32,283 nt of DNA from an uncultured Acidimicrobiaceae bacterium (GCA_903907185.1 CAIVND010000243.1:1-32283); one strand, 5' to 3'; positions 1 to 9,536 are shown, numbered from the stretch's first letter. Numbers and translations are program-made. Notes: generated by a model from the letters alone, not told the origin.

Positions 1-389
1 CCTCCGAGCCCGACAACTCCAATTCTTCCCTGATCGACATTGAGCTCCTTTAGTCGCTCAACCACAATCTTTCCGTAGTTGCGTCGGGCCTCTCGTATGT
101 CCTCGACCCAATTTTGTACGTGAGTCCATCGAGGGTTCGCAGATGTTGCCGCGACTGTCACATCGGAATCGATTGGGAATACAACCGAGATATCAGCATC
201 TCCGCCTCCACCACAGTGGCTCAAATACCGTGAACTTGCCTGGAAGTCGGTACTGTGGCCGGTGTTTGACGGACAGACGATCACATCGATCTGATGCTGC
301 GCCATCAAAGACCGCAGAGCTGACCACCTTCGATCCCGCTCTTCGAGCGAAAACCGTGGATACGGATACATCTCCTGCTCACTGATCAT
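1..389 (-). CDS. M24-family metallopeptidase / creatinase-type hydrolase, N-terminal part only (the gene runs off the left edge)
   Basis: Not in the supplied track. My hand translation from the ATG at 389-387 stays open to position 1: MISEQEMYPYPRFSLEERDRRWSALRSLMAQHQIDVIVCPSNTGHSTDFQ...NVDQGRIGVVGLGG. It resembles the creatinase/prolidase N-terminal domain. The gene is divergent from the LysR gene. The family call rests on remembered domain signatures only. Confidence 0.45.
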   Translation of the reverse strand, partial: MISEQEMYPYPRFSLEERDRRWSALRSLMAQHQIDVIVCPSNTGHSTDFQASSRYLSHCGGGGDADISVVFPIDSDVTVAATSANPRWTHVQNWVEDIREARRNYGKIVVERLKELNVDQGRIGVVGLG

Positions 390-456
390 TTGTGCCCCCA
401 CCAGCTGAAGTTTCGGATTGCTCGACAAACCTATCCGTGGGCATTTAGATGAGCAA

Positions 457-471
457 TTGCGTTTTGTGCAA
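457..471. promoter_or_regulatory. Candidate LysR-type operator (T-N11-A dyad, TTGC-N7-GCAA)
   Basis: The sequence ttgcgttttgtgcaa lies in the 231-nt divergent spacer between the M24-like gene (start 389) and the LysR gene (start 621). It has a TGC-N7-GCA dyad that fits the generic T-N11-A LysR box. The motif is short and could occur by chance. Confidence 0.3.
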
Positions 472-620
472 GGCATAATTGCATCTGACGGGGAGGGCGG
501 GCGAATTTCAAGGAAGTGGGTCGACGTTCGTCGGCTGAGCCATTCAGCTCATCCATCGGTAGACGATCGATCAACGCTTTCCCGACAGCGAACGAACACC
601 AAATACTAGAGAGTACGTCC

Positions 621-1520
621 ATGGATCTTGATATCGATCTCAACCTTCTCGTGGTTCTCGACACGCTCCTTGAAGAGCGGAGTGTCACGGAGGCTGCCGC
701 GCGCCTCAACCGATCGGTTCCCGCCACCAGTCGGTCACTCGCACGAATTCGCCGACTCTTTGACGATCCAATCCTCGTCCGGTCTGGCCAACTCCTTCTT
801 CCGACATCGAAGGCACTAGAGATCCAAGAACGAGTTCACGAGCTCGTAGAAAAGGCAAAGTCCTTAACTCAACCAAACAACACCATCGATATCAGATCGG
901 TATCGCGTACCTTCACTATCGCAGCGAGTGACGCCGTGATGTGCTTTCTTGCGGAACCTCTTCTCGCCATTCTTGAAACAGAGGCCCCTTCGATCAAGGT
1001 TTTCTTCGTTATGGAGGGTCCTATCGATGTCTCGCTACGAGATTCATTCGTCGATATGCAGGTCGGGATCATCAGAAAATCACTCCCCGAGACGCGCATC
1101 GAGCCCATCTTTCATGACCAACTCGTGGGAGTTGCACGAGCAGATCACCAGCTTTTCAAAGATGACGTAACGCTCGATGATTACGTCGGCTTTGCCCACC
1201 TCCTGCATTCACGACGTGGTGACAATTGGACAATGGTCGACGATGTGCTCGCTGAACTTGGGAAGGCAAGGTCGATTGCCGCATCAGTCCCCACGATCGC
1301 GGCCACCCTCTTCCTCCTCGGTCAGACAGATATGGTGAGCACCTGTTTGGATCGGCTTACTCAACCTCTCGCCTCGCTGCTCAACCTTCGATTCTTTGAC
1401 CTTCCCTTTGAGCATCCCAAAACACAGATCAGTTTGGCCTGGCATCCACGCTTTGAACGAGATCTCACACACCTATGGATGAGAGAGAAAATCTTTCGCG
1501 TATTTAATACTGAGAGCTAG
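621..1520 (+). CDS. LysR-family transcriptional regulator
   Basis: The track ORF is 516..1520. I place the start at the ATG at 621 (MDLDIDLNLLVVLDTLLEERSVTEAAARLNRSVPATSRSLARIRRLFDDPILVRSG), the canonical LysR N-terminal wHTH. About 200 aa of substrate-binding-domain-like sequence follows. The gene is divergent from a putative target gene. Confidence 0.85.
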   Translation: MDLDIDLNLLVVLDTLLEERSVTEAAARLNRSVPATSRSLARIRRLFDDPILVRSGQLLLPTSKALEIQERVHELVEKAKSLTQPNNTIDIRSVSRTFTIAASDAVMCFLAEPLLAILETEAPSIKVFFVMEGPIDVSLRDSFVDMQVGIIRKSLPETRIEPIFHDQLVGVARADHQLFKDDVTLDDYVGFAHLLHSRRGDNWTMVDDVLAELGKARSIAASVPTIAATLFLLGQTDMVSTCLDRLTQPLASLLNLRFFDLPFEHPKTQISLAWHPRFERDLTHLWMREKIFRVFNTES

Positions 1521-1523
1521 TCG

Positions 1524-1539
1524 GGATCAGAGCTGATCC
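1524..1539. terminator. Short inverted repeat between convergent genes (weak bidirectional terminator candidate)
   Basis: The sequence ggatcag-ag-ctgatcc sits in the 25-nt gap between the LysR stop (1520) and the nitroreductase stop (1546). There is no U-tract and the loop is very short. Confidence 0.2.
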
Positions 1540-1545
1540 TTCTCG

Positions 1546-1980
1546 CTAGGACTTTGGAGTTAGCAGAATGATCGGTATCTGCCGATCGGTCTTTGCCTGA
1601 TACTCAGCGAAACGAGGAGTTGCGACGATCCGCTCTGCATAGAGACGATCCCGCTCATCACCAAGGGGTTCGGTCGCGGTGCCCTCATAGACGTGCTCGC
1701 CAACTTCGATGGTGACCGTTGGATCTGCAAGAATGTTGTGATACCACCCCGGGTGGCGTTCGGACCCACCATCGGCTGCGGTTACGACATAAGAGGCACC
1801 GTCGGTGGTGTAGATCAATGGAGTAACTCGAGGTAGACCAGTCTTCGCACCCGTAGTAGTCAAAAGCAAAAGCGGACGGCCGGCAAAATCGCCACTCACC
1901 TGACCGTTACCACTTCGAAACTCATCCGCCGTAGCTGCGTTGTAGGTCGGCTGATCTGAAAAGTCGCTACGCAGTGGCAT
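1546..1980 (-). CDS. Deazaflavin (F420)-dependent nitroreductase family protein (DDN/DUF385-like)
   Basis: The track ORF is 1546..2043. I trimmed it to the ATG at 1980, which follows a GGGGGAA Shine-Dalgarno. The protein reads ...GRPLLLLTTTGAKTGLPRVTPLIYTTDGASYVVTAADGGSERHPGWYHNILADPTVTIEVG... This matches the family signature (P.v.PL.y..dG..yvv.aS.gG....P.WY.Nl.A.P.V.v). Confidence 0.8.
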   Translation of the reverse strand: MPLRSDFSDQPTYNAATADEFRSGNGQVSGDFAGRPLLLLTTTGAKTGLPRVTPLIYTTDGASYVVTAADGGSERHPGWYHNILADPTVTIEVGEHVYEGTATEPLGDERDRLYAERIVATPRFAEYQAKTDRQIPIILLTPKS

Positions 1981-2056
1981 GGATTCCCCCGTTGTTGTGT
2001 TGAAGCGCATCGTTGTGCTGAAGCAATACTCTAACAAGAGCAAAAACCAAGGCTTG

Positions 2057-2848
2057 TTAACTTCCCGTCCAATTCGGCGATCGCTTGCTTAAGAAGGCAT
2101 CCACGCCCTCCCGGAAATCGCTACTGAGATAGCAGCTCAAAACAAGCTCATCATTGGCCTTCCTATCTCCCGCTTCGAGATGTCCAGAGAGAGCAATTTT
2201 TGTCGCTCGGAGCGTTAACGGCGCGTAGCTTGCGACCAACGATGCAATCGCTGATACCCGATCAAAGAGCGCCTCCTCGGACTCTGCGATCTGGTGAAGC
2301 CATCCCATGATCTTTGATTCTTCGGCGTCGACAAGGCGCGCCTGAAAGATGACCTCCTTCAGATGCGATGGACCAATGATCCGAGCGAGGCGCTGATAGT
2401 TGTCGACTGACAGACAGTTTCCAAGCGTCCGTGCAATGGGAATGCCAAACAGTGCCGATGGACTGCCAATTCGAAGATCACATGCCGCCGCGATCGCAGC
2501 TCCACCACCGGTGCAGGCACCACGGATCGCTGCAATCGTCGGAATTGGGCAGGTCTCCAGCGATCCAAGGATCTCGCTCATGCGACTCTCGTAAGCAAGC
2601 ACATCTGCTTCGCCTTGAAAGTTGGTGAACTGGGATATGTCTGTTCCCGCGGCAAAGGCCTTGTCTCCGGCCCCGGTAATGACAAGAACTCTTGGGAGCT
2701 CTTCAACGTCGAGCGAGGAGAGTTCGCCGATTCCCTCATACATCGCGAAGGTCAACGCATTTCGAGCCGCCGGCCGATTCAATGTCAACCAGCCAACGCC
2801 GTCACTCTCTTGGTAGGTGAGATCCTCGGTACTCGGTCGAAAGGTCAA
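2057..2848 (-). CDS. Enoyl-CoA hydratase/isomerase (crotonase) superfamily protein
   Basis: The start is TTG, with GGAG 7 nt upstream. Motifs: GVGWLTLNRPAARNALT, ITGAGDKAFAAGTDI, RGACTGGGAAIAAACDLRI. Where hydratases usually carry the first catalytic Glu (the P-E motif), this protein reads GIPIART. I therefore make only a family-level call. Confidence 0.85.
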   Translation of the reverse strand: MTFRPSTEDLTYQESDGVGWLTLNRPAARNALTFAMYEGIGELSSLDVEELPRVLVITGAGDKAFAAGTDISQFTNFQGEADVLAYESRMSEILGSLETCPIPTIAAIRGACTGGGAAIAAACDLRIGSPSALFGIPIARTLGNCLSVDNYQRLARIIGPSHLKEVIFQARLVDAEESKIMGWLHQIAESEEALFDRVSAIASLVASYAPLTLRATKIALSGHLEAGDRKANDELVLSCYLSSDFREGVDAFLSKRSPNWTGS

Positions 2849-2907
2849 CGTGCGCTCCAGTGTTGGGTTAGCTCTCCGAACACCAGTATCCCTTTTTTAT
2901 CGATCGA

Positions 2908-3903
2908 TTAGCTCAATAGCTCTTCGACATCGGCACGCTCAGCCAAAAGCTCCTCAGTTGTCAACCGAATCCGATCCTTTGCAAAATCGTCATGGGTGAG
3001 GTTCTCGACAATCTCCCAACTCGACCCAGTTGAACGGATCGGATAACCAAATTGGAGACCAGCGGGAACACCGTACTCACCGGACGAGGAGACAGCCAAG
3101 GAGGTGAAGTCCCCTGGCGCCGTTGGATTCAATACTGACACCATCGAATCGATAGCGGCATTTGCCGCGGATGCCGCAGACGAAAGTCCTCGCGCCTCAA
3201 TGATCGCCGCACCACGCTTTTGAACCGTCTCAATAAATGGACCCGTGAGCCAATCAGAGTCAGAGATAACCTCGGGGACGGGAGTGCCATTGATCTTTGC
3301 GTTTGCAAAATCTGGGAATTGTGTGGATGAGTGATTCCCCCAGATCGCAAGGTTGGTGACCGATGCGACCCCGACACCAGCGCGCTTTGCAAGCTGAGTC
3401 TTCGCGCGATTCTCATCGAGACGAGTCATTGCAAACCAACGATCGGCTGGCACCTCAGGTGCATTGCTCCGAGCGATCAGGCAGTTGGTATTGCAGGGAT
3501 TGCCCACGACCAGAACGCGAACATCATCTGCCGCATTGGCGGCGATGGCCTTTCCTTGGGGCTTAAAGATGCCACCGTTAATGCTGAGCAGGTCTTTGCG
3601 CTCCATTCCCGCTTTACGAGGAATCGATCCAACAAGGAGGGCGACGTTCGTGCCAGCAAATGCGATGGAAAGGTCTGAGGTTGCCTCAATGCCGGCGAGC
3701 ATCGGGAACGCACAATCATCAAGCTCCATAATGACCCCTTCGAGGGCCTTCATTGCTGGCTCGATCTCGAGGAGCCGCAACACAATGGGCTGATCGGGGC
3801 CAAAAAGTGCGCCGGAGGCGATCCGGAAGAGGAGGGAGTATCCGATCTGGCCTGCCGCGCCGGTGACCGTTATCTGCTTTGGAGTTGTCGATGTAGTTGC
3901 CAT
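2908..3903 (-). CDS. mdh: Malate dehydrogenase (actinobacterial/Thermus-type, LDH-like family 2)
   Basis: Motifs: [67 protein letters not shown]. The protein is nearly colinear with the mycobacterial Mdh sequence as I remember it. Confidence 0.95.
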   Translation of the reverse strand: MATTSTTPKQITVTGAAGQIGYSLLFRIASGALFGPDQPIVLRLLEIEPAMKALEGVIMELDDCAFPMLAGIEATSDLSIAFAGTNVALLVGSIPRKAGMERKDLLSINGGIFKPQGKAIAANAADDVRVLVVGNPCNTNCLIARSNAPEVPADRWFAMTRLDENRAKTQLAKRAGVGVASVTNLAIWGNHSSTQFPDFANAKINGTPVPEVISDSDWLTGPFIETVQKRGAAIIEARGLSSAASAANAAIDSMVSVLNPTAPGDFTSLAVSSSGEYGVPAGLQFGYPIRSTGSSWEIVENLTHDDFAKDRIRLTTEELLAERADVEELLS

Positions 3904-3964
3904 AGCTACTGACGCTATCGCCTCAAACCAATGGTCACAAAATGCTGCAGCTCTGGCTCAATTT

Positions 3965-3986
3965 CGCGGTGTCGATCGGCACCGCG
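3965..3986 (-). terminator. GC-rich hairpin downstream of metF (possible factor-independent terminator without a U-tract)
   Basis: The sequence is cgcggtg-tcgatcgg-caccgcg, a perfect 7-bp stem with an 8-nt loop. It lies 19 nt past the metF stop in the 101-nt metF-mdh spacer. No T-run follows on the minus strand. Confidence 0.3.
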
Positions 3987-4004
3987 GGGGTCCTCAAGCG
4001 TGCG

Positions 4005-4874
4005 CTAAACCAATGGCCCAAGACCAAGATTGGCACAGATCTCCAGCGTGGCCGAGACCTGATTCATCGTATAGAAGTGAAGACCTGGAATACCGGACTC
4101 AATGAGTTCGGCACACAGTTCGGTTGCGATATCAACACCAACTCTGCGGACAGCGTCAGGGTCATCCGCTACTGCAACGATGCGTTTGACGACTTCGTCC
4201 GGCAGCTGAGTGCCAGAGAGCTCAGCCATGCGAGACACCGTTTTGACGTTCGTAATTGGCATGATCCCAGGAATAATGGGTTTAGTGTTGCCAAGGTTCT
4301 TGAGGTCATCCACCAGACCCAGGTAGTCTTCGGCCCGAAAAAAGAACTGTGTCACCGCAAAATCCGCCCGTTGGAGCTTCTCGGCTAGATACCGGCGATC
4401 GGTCGCAAGATCAGTGGCATTCGGATGACCTTCAGGATGCGCCGCTACAGCGACACAGAAGTCCCCGACCTCTTTGGCCAGATCGACGAGCTCAATTGCA
4501 TGCTTTAGCTCGCCATCGGCGAGGGCCTCAGTGCTCCTGAGTGGTTGGTCTCCTCGTAGTGCGAGAATGTTTTCAATTCCTGCACTCCGGTAGCGCTCAA
4601 GGATTTGAACCAGTTCAGCCCGACTATGAGCAGCACAGACAAGATGTGCCATTGGAGTCATGACGTGTTCGTGGTTGATGAGAACAACAAGGTCGTGCGT
4701 CCGCTCACGGGTCGATCCGGCAGCACCATAGGTGATCGACGCAAAGGTTGGATTGAGGTCGCTTATCCGCTCGAGGGAATCTTGGAGACGAACCTCGGCC
4801 TCGGTCGATCGAGGCGGCCACATCTCAACCGAAAGCGAGAACCCACGTTCGAGGAGTTGCGTGATCGTTGTCAT
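4005..4874 (-). CDS. metF: 5,10-methylenetetrahydrofolate reductase
   Basis: The track ORF is 4005..4958. I trimmed it to the ATG at 4874, which removes the overlap with folD. Motifs: FSLSVEMWPPRS, ASITYGAGGSTRERT-like (ITYGAAGSTRERT), LVCAAHSRAEL, ENILALRGDQP, QFFFRAEDY. Confidence 0.9.
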   Translation of the reverse strand: MTTITQLLERGFSLSVEMWPPRSTEAEVRLQDSLERISDLNPTFASITYGAAGSTRERTHDLVVLINHEHVMTPMAHLVCAAHSRAELVQILERYRSAGIENILALRGDQPLRSTEALADGELKHAIELVDLAKEVGDFCVAVAAHPEGHPNATDLATDRRYLAEKLQRADFAVTQFFFRAEDYLGLVDDLKNLGNTKPIIPGIMPITNVKTVSRMAELSGTQLPDEVVKRIVAVADDPDAVRRVGVDIATELCAELIESGIPGLHFYTMNQVSATLEICANLGLGPLV

Positions 4875-4911
4875 CTTGCTCGAGATCCATCCACCAAGTC
4901 TGGGGCGGTGC

Positions 4912-5775
4912 TCAGATGCCCGGAACGCGACGAGATGCGGCGGCGACTGCATTTTCAAGGAGCATCGCGCGGGTCATGGGACCGACTCCACCGATACGCG
5001 GTGTCAGAAATCCAGCGATCTCAGCAACATCTTCTGCGACGTCACTGAGCAACTTCCTGCCCTCCCAAGAGACTCCTGCGCCAACAACGGCGGCGCCTGG
5101 CTTGACCATCTCCTTCGTAATCAATCCGGCAACTCCGGCAGCTGCAACGATGACGTCGGCCGTGCGGAGATACATTCCGATATCCGGCACGCCGGTATGC
5201 ACCACAGTGACCGCAGCATTGCATCCTGGACGCCGAAGCGCGAGTAGCAGGGCTAAAGGCCGGCCGATCGTTAGCCCTCGGCCAACAATAACTACGTGCT
5301 TGCCCTCTACTGCTACCTCGTTAGCCGCAAGTAGCGCGACTATCCCTGCAGGCGTGCACGGCAGTGGACCAGGTGCCCCCATGACAAGACGACCAAGGTT
5401 CACCGGATGAAGGCCGTCGACGTCTTTGTCTGGGTTCACGGCAAGCAAAATGCGCTCTTCGTCGAGATGCTTTGGAAGTGGAAGTTGGATCAGATAGGCG
5501 TCGATCGCCTGGTCCGCATTGAACCGTTCAATAACTTCGATGAGCTCTTTTTCCGTGACGTCACCAGGAAGATGTGCATGGGCCGAGGTAATTCCCACCT
5601 CAGCACAATCTTGATGTTTCATTGCTACGTATCGTGCGCTCGGAGGGTCCTCGCCGACCAAGATCGTGCCCAACCCTGGGGTAACGCCCTTCGAAACAAG
5701 GGTTGCTACCCGGTCCTTTAGCTGAAGGCGCATCGAAGCGGCTAATGCCTCTCCATCCAATACCGCGGCGGTCAT
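4912..5775 (-). CDS. folD: Bifunctional methylenetetrahydrofolate dehydrogenase (NADP+) / methenyl-THF cyclohydrolase
   Basis: Motifs: GLGTILVGEDPPSARYVAMKHQDCAEVGI, DAYLIQLPLP, DKDVDGLHPVNLG, CTPAGI, VVIVGRGLTIGRP, GGVGPMTRAML. The ATG overlaps the stop of the upstream membrane-protein gene (ATGA at 5772-5775). Confidence 0.95.
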   Translation of the reverse strand: MTAAVLDGEALAASMRLQLKDRVATLVSKGVTPGLGTILVGEDPPSARYVAMKHQDCAEVGITSAHAHLPGDVTEKELIEVIERFNADQAIDAYLIQLPLPKHLDEERILLAVNPDKDVDGLHPVNLGRLVMGAPGPLPCTPAGIVALLAANEVAVEGKHVVIVGRGLTIGRPLALLLALRRPGCNAAVTVVHTGVPDIGMYLRTADVIVAAAGVAGLITKEMVKPGAAVVGAGVSWEGRKLLSDVAEDVAEIAGFLTPRIGGVGPMTRAMLLENAVAAASRRVPGI

Positions 5776-7406
5776 GTTGTACTCCCTGGGCTAGCTGTCG
5801 TCGAGGTGGCATGGTGGAACGTAAAGATCGTGATGGGATCGAGGTTAGTGGTCTCGCTCTTGCCGTAGGCGGCGAAAAGTCCATTTCGCATCGTCACAAA
5901 GCGGGACCATACGGCGCGGGCGCCGGTAGTCGCGCTGTTATGGCCGTCATGATTAGAGATCACAAAGAGCGTGGGACAGTGCGATGAGACGGATCTGATC
6001 TGACGCTTACTTAGTGCGGCGTAAGACTCCACGATCGCAGGGTGTTGCGACAAACTTACGTCGATGGGGTGGGCTCCAAACGAGAGTGCAGGCAGCACCG
6101 AACGCGGCACCGTCGCGCCGGGACGCATAGCCGCTGGCCGGTGTTCAAGATAGTAGGAGAAGTCAACAAAACCATCATTGAAATAGAACGCAACACAATC
6201 GCCAGGATGGCTCTCATTGACCACCATCGTCGTCGCGTCACGCCAGTCATCAATATTGACATCGTAGGTCGGGGCGATCTGAAGAGACCGAAGAACAATG
6301 ATTACGGTCACGACTAGCCAACTGATCGAAACGATGGGAAAGACTGAGAGAAGATACCCCAGGAGCAGCGTAAGAGCGGGAAGGGTGAGAAGGAAATATC
6401 GGTCAAGAAATATCGGTGAGTAATCGATGGAGATTGAATAGGCAATGGCGATCGGCAGGACCAGCCAAAGACTCCCAAGTAAGACCATCCGGGCAGGATA
6501 GAAACTTCGGCTCCAAACTGCTTGAAGTAGACCCACCACGCAAGCGACGATCGTCAGGATCACGGTCAGCTCGCTCAACGTGTGGGTTGTCGGTGTTGTG
6601 ACTCCGTTCACCCGGGCCGATGCCAAGAATGCCGCGGTCTCACGGAGCTGGCGGGGTCTCGGCGCTCCTAACCAAAACAGTTGCTTCGCCCCCCGTGCGT
6701 GCGCAATAAGGACGAGAGGGACAAGGGCAATAGCCATCGTCACCGAGGTGAGAAGGAGCGGAACGATCCGCCTTTTGATTGCCGGAGTCATCGGCAAGAT
6801 CAATAGCTGGATGGCAACGACGATCCCAGCCAAGAGCTCGGTGTAACAACTCAACAGACCAAGGATTGCGAAACCCAAAAAGTTTCTCCAGCCTCCATCA
6901 CGAATGGCACGCGATAAAACCAAGGCCGAACCAAGCAGTAGTGCCACAACAAGCGAATACCCGCGGATCTGTTGGGACCAATAGATAAGCGGAAGACTCA
7001 TCGTCGTGAGCACGACGCAGTACACCCCGCAGCGACGATTCACCAGTGTGGCGCCAAGCCCAAATGAAAGTGGCACGCATGCACAACCACAGAGCACCGA
7101 GAAGATTCTCAACGTGTTCGTCCCTGAACCAAAGACCGCAATAATCAAGTGCAGGCAAAGGTAGTAGAACGCGAGGTTTCCTCCATCGTGGGAGATGGCG
7201 TGAAAAAGGGCGCCACCGTTTTGAGACGCGATCGAGATACTCGCTCCCTCATCACCCCACACGCTTGACCCACCAAGCTGATAGGAATCAAGAAGAAACG
7301 ATGCAACCGAGCAGAGCACAACGAAAGCGACCACGCCGCGATCGTGCGAGGCGCTCTCCTCGAAGTCGTCCGTCCGGCCAAACAACGTTGAGCGACGCGA
7401 ATTCAA
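5772..7406 (-). CDS. Polytopic membrane protein, ArnT/PMT-like (GT39/PMT_2-type) GT-C glycosyltransferase candidate with a C-terminal extracytoplasmic domain
   Basis: About 11-12 hydrophobic helices are followed by a soluble tail of roughly 150 aa. The first loop carries SSVWGDEGASISIA, which resembles the s.W.DE..s acidic motif of ArnT/Pmt-type enzymes. The start is uncertain: TTG at 7406 or TTG at 7385, with no clear RBS. The gene lies 19 nt after the purH stop, and its own stop overlaps the folD start. Confidence 0.55.
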   Translation of the reverse strand: MNSRRSTLFGRTDDFEESASHDRGVVAFVVLCSVASFLLDSYQLGGSSVWGDEGASISIASQNGGALFHAISHDGGNLAFYYLCLHLIIAVFGSGTNTLRIFSVLCGCACVPLSFGLGATLVNRRCGVYCVVLTTMSLPLIYWSQQIRGYSLVVALLLGSALVLSRAIRDGGWRNFLGFAILGLLSCYTELLAGIVVAIQLLILPMTPAIKRRIVPLLLTSVTMAIALVPLVLIAHARGAKQLFWLGAPRPRQLRETAAFLASARVNGVTTPTTHTLSELTVILTIVACVVGLLQAVWSRSFYPARMVLLGSLWLVLPIAIAYSISIDYSPIFLDRYFLLTLPALTLLLGYLLSVFPIVSISWLVVTVIIVLRSLQIAPTYDVNIDDWRDATTMVVNESHPGDCVAFYFNDGFVDFSYYLEHRPAAMRPGATVPRSVLPALSFGAHPIDVSLSQHPAIVESYAALSKRQIRSVSSHCPTLFVISNHDGHNSATTGARAVWSRFVTMRNGLFAAYGKSETTNLDPITIFTFHHATSTTASPGSTT

Positions 7407-7425
7407 CGTTGAACTGGCCTGTGGA

Positions 7426-8964
7426 TCAATGACGGAAATGACGCTCCCCGGTCATGACCATGACGACGTTGCGCTCGTTTGCGGCCTCGATAATGTCCTT
7501 GTCCCGGAGGGATCCGCCAGGTTGCACGACAATGGCAACGCCTGCATCGGCGACAGCATCAAGACCATCCCTGAAGGGGAAAAATGCGTCACTGGCACCT
7601 GCGCCACCCACAGCACGTCCAGCTGCCTTTTTCGATGCAAGGCCAGCCGCGTCCACCCGGTTCTGCTGACCACAGCCAACCCCAACGATCTGTCCATCCT
7701 TTGCGAATACGATCGCGTTCGACGAGGTACGCCCACAGACATGCCACGCGAGCTCGAGATCCAACCACTCCGCGGCGGTGGGTTGACGTTCCGTAACAAC
7801 TTCAAAGTTCTTTCGCTCCGCGAGGAACCGATCTGGATCTTGCACGAGGAATCCACCGGCTATCTGGCGAAACGCAAGCAGTTCACTGCGGGGACGAGGT
7901 GCCTCCAACGGCCGCATATTCTTGCGCTTCGCCGCAAACAGCTCGAGTGCATCGTTCGTGATCGATGGTGCAATGAGTACATCGGCAAGCGGATTGGCAA
8001 CGATCGCGGTCGCGATATCAAGGTCAACCTCTCCGGTTAGAGCGACGATTCCTCCGAATGCCGATAGTGGATCTGCCTCAAATGCGCGCTGATAGGCGGT
8101 GAGGAGGTCAGTACCAATCGCGACGCCGCAGGGGTTTGCGTGTTTCACGATCACGGCGGCCTTGTCGGCACCCTCTAGCTCAAGAAGCTCATGGGCTAAA
8201 CGCCATGCTGCCTCACCATCGAAGAGATTGAGGTACGAGAGCTCACGACCCCCGTGTTGTACGACGTCATCCCAAAATCCTCGAGGACCACCAACTGTGC
8301 GGTAACGAGCACCCTTTTGATGCGGATTCTCGCCATAGCGAAGTTCGCCAGCGCGTTCAAGGCTGATCGTGATCGATTGCGGAAGATCGACCGATTGCGG
8401 CAGCTCCCCTGTCGATTCAGCCTCATCGAACCAACCAACGATCGCAGCGTCATAGTCCGAGGTGTGCGCAAACGCCTTCCGGGCAAGACTCCGACGGGTA
8501 GTCGCAGAGAGCGAACCTTGCGTACGCATCTCAGCAATGACCTTTGGGTAGTCACTTGGATCTACAACCACACCAACGTGGTCATGGTTCTTCGCTGCTG
8601 CTCGCACCATCGTCGGTCCCCCGACATCGATCATCTCTATTGAGGGATCGCTTCGAAATGGATAGAGATTGCATACGACAAGGTCGATGAGGTCAATTCC
8701 TTGTGCGTTGATATCTTCGAGGTGCTCTGGTTTTGATCGGTCCGCGAGGATTCCGCCATGAATCTTTGGGTGAAGGGTTTTCACGCGACCACCGAGCATC
8801 TCTGGAGCTCCCGTCACCTCGGCTACCTCGAGGTGTTTAATACCAGCGTCCGCGAGCGAGGTGGAAGTACCACCAGAGGAGATGATCTCCACATCGAGCG
8901 ACACCAGATCTCGAGCAAACTCGATAAGGCCGGTCTTGTCGTAGACCGAGAGCAGTGCTCTCAT
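7426..8964 (-). CDS. purH: Bifunctional AICAR formyltransferase / IMP cyclohydrolase
   Basis: Motifs: MRALLSVYDKTGL, SSGGTS, GGRVKTLHPKIHGGILA, VVCNLYPF, IDVGGPTMVRAAAKNH, LRYGENPHQ, and C-terminal TGERHFRH. The start overlaps the purN stop (ATGA at 8961-8964). Confidence 0.96.
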   Translation of the reverse strand: MRALLSVYDKTGLIEFARDLVSLDVEIISSGGTSTSLADAGIKHLEVAEVTGAPEMLGGRVKTLHPKIHGGILADRSKPEHLEDINAQGIDLIDLVVCNLYPFRSDPSIEMIDVGGPTMVRAAAKNHDHVGVVVDPSDYPKVIAEMRTQGSLSATTRRSLARKAFAHTSDYDAAIVGWFDEAESTGELPQSVDLPQSITISLERAGELRYGENPHQKGARYRTVGGPRGFWDDVVQHGGRELSYLNLFDGEAAWRLAHELLELEGADKAAVIVKHANPCGVAIGTDLLTAYQRAFEADPLSAFGGIVALTGEVDLDIATAIVANPLADVLIAPSITNDALELFAAKRKNMRPLEAPRPRSELLAFRQIAGGFLVQDPDRFLAERKNFEVVTERQPTAAEWLDLELAWHVCGRTSSNAIVFAKDGQIVGVGCGQQNRVDAAGLASKKAAGRAVGGAGASDAFFPFRDGLDAVADAGVAIVVQPGGSLRDKDIIEAANERNVVMVMTGERHFRH

Positions 8965-9536
8965 GACAGTGGTTCTCCGTTCTCTAGTTGTTGAATAACA
9001 CGCCAGATTGTCTCCGGGTAGATCCTTCGCTCGACTTCCTTGATGCGCTCATGGAGAGTCTGGCTGTCATCATTGCTAAGCACCGGCACTGCCTCCTGAG
9101 CAAGTATGAGCCCTTCGTCTACTCCAAGCGTCGCAACGTGAACCGTACAACCTGTCACCTTGACTCCGGCTGCGAGTGCATCTTCGACGGCGTGCCATCC
9201 CTTGAATGCAGGAAGCAAAGCAGGATGGGTATTTAAAACGCGGTCTTTGTATACCTGGTGAAACACTGTGCCGACAATCGTGCCGAATCCGGCCATCACG
9301 ACGAGATCGATCTGGTGGAGCGCGAGCGACTCGAGAAGTTCAGCACTATAGGACTCGCGATCAAAAGAGCTGCTGAAATCTGAGCGGATAACCTCAGCGA
9401 CCGGGATATTTGCGTTCTTCGCAATATCTACTGCGCCGCAGCTCCGATCAACAAGCACAAGATCAATCGGTAACTTTGCTGCGATCAGCGCCTCCAGAAT
9501 CGAGCCAGTTCCAGAGGCAAAAACAGCAATCCGCAC
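8961..9536 (-). CDS. purN: Phosphoribosylglycinamide formyltransferase
   Basis: The start is GTG. Motifs: RIAVFASGTGS, DLVVMAGF, VLNTHPALLPAFKG, VTGCTVHVATLGVDEGLILAQ. Confidence 0.92.
   Translation of the reverse strand: MRIAVFASGTGSILEALIAAKLPIDLVLVDRSCGAVDIAKNANIPVAEVIRSDFSSSFDRESYSAELLESLALHQIDLVVMAGFGTIVGTVFHQVYKDRVLNTHPALLPAFKGWHAVEDALAAGVKVTGCTVHVATLGVDEGLILAQEAVPVLSNDDSQTLHERIKEVERRIYPETIWRVIQQLENGEPLS

Noticed and set aside
143-385. An 80-aa plus-strand ORF at the left edge
   Set aside because: The opposite strand is open from the ATG at 389 to the window edge and encodes a plausible creatinase/prolidase-type N-domain. The plus-strand product (MLPRLSHRNRLGIQPRYQHLRLHH...) has no recognisable features.
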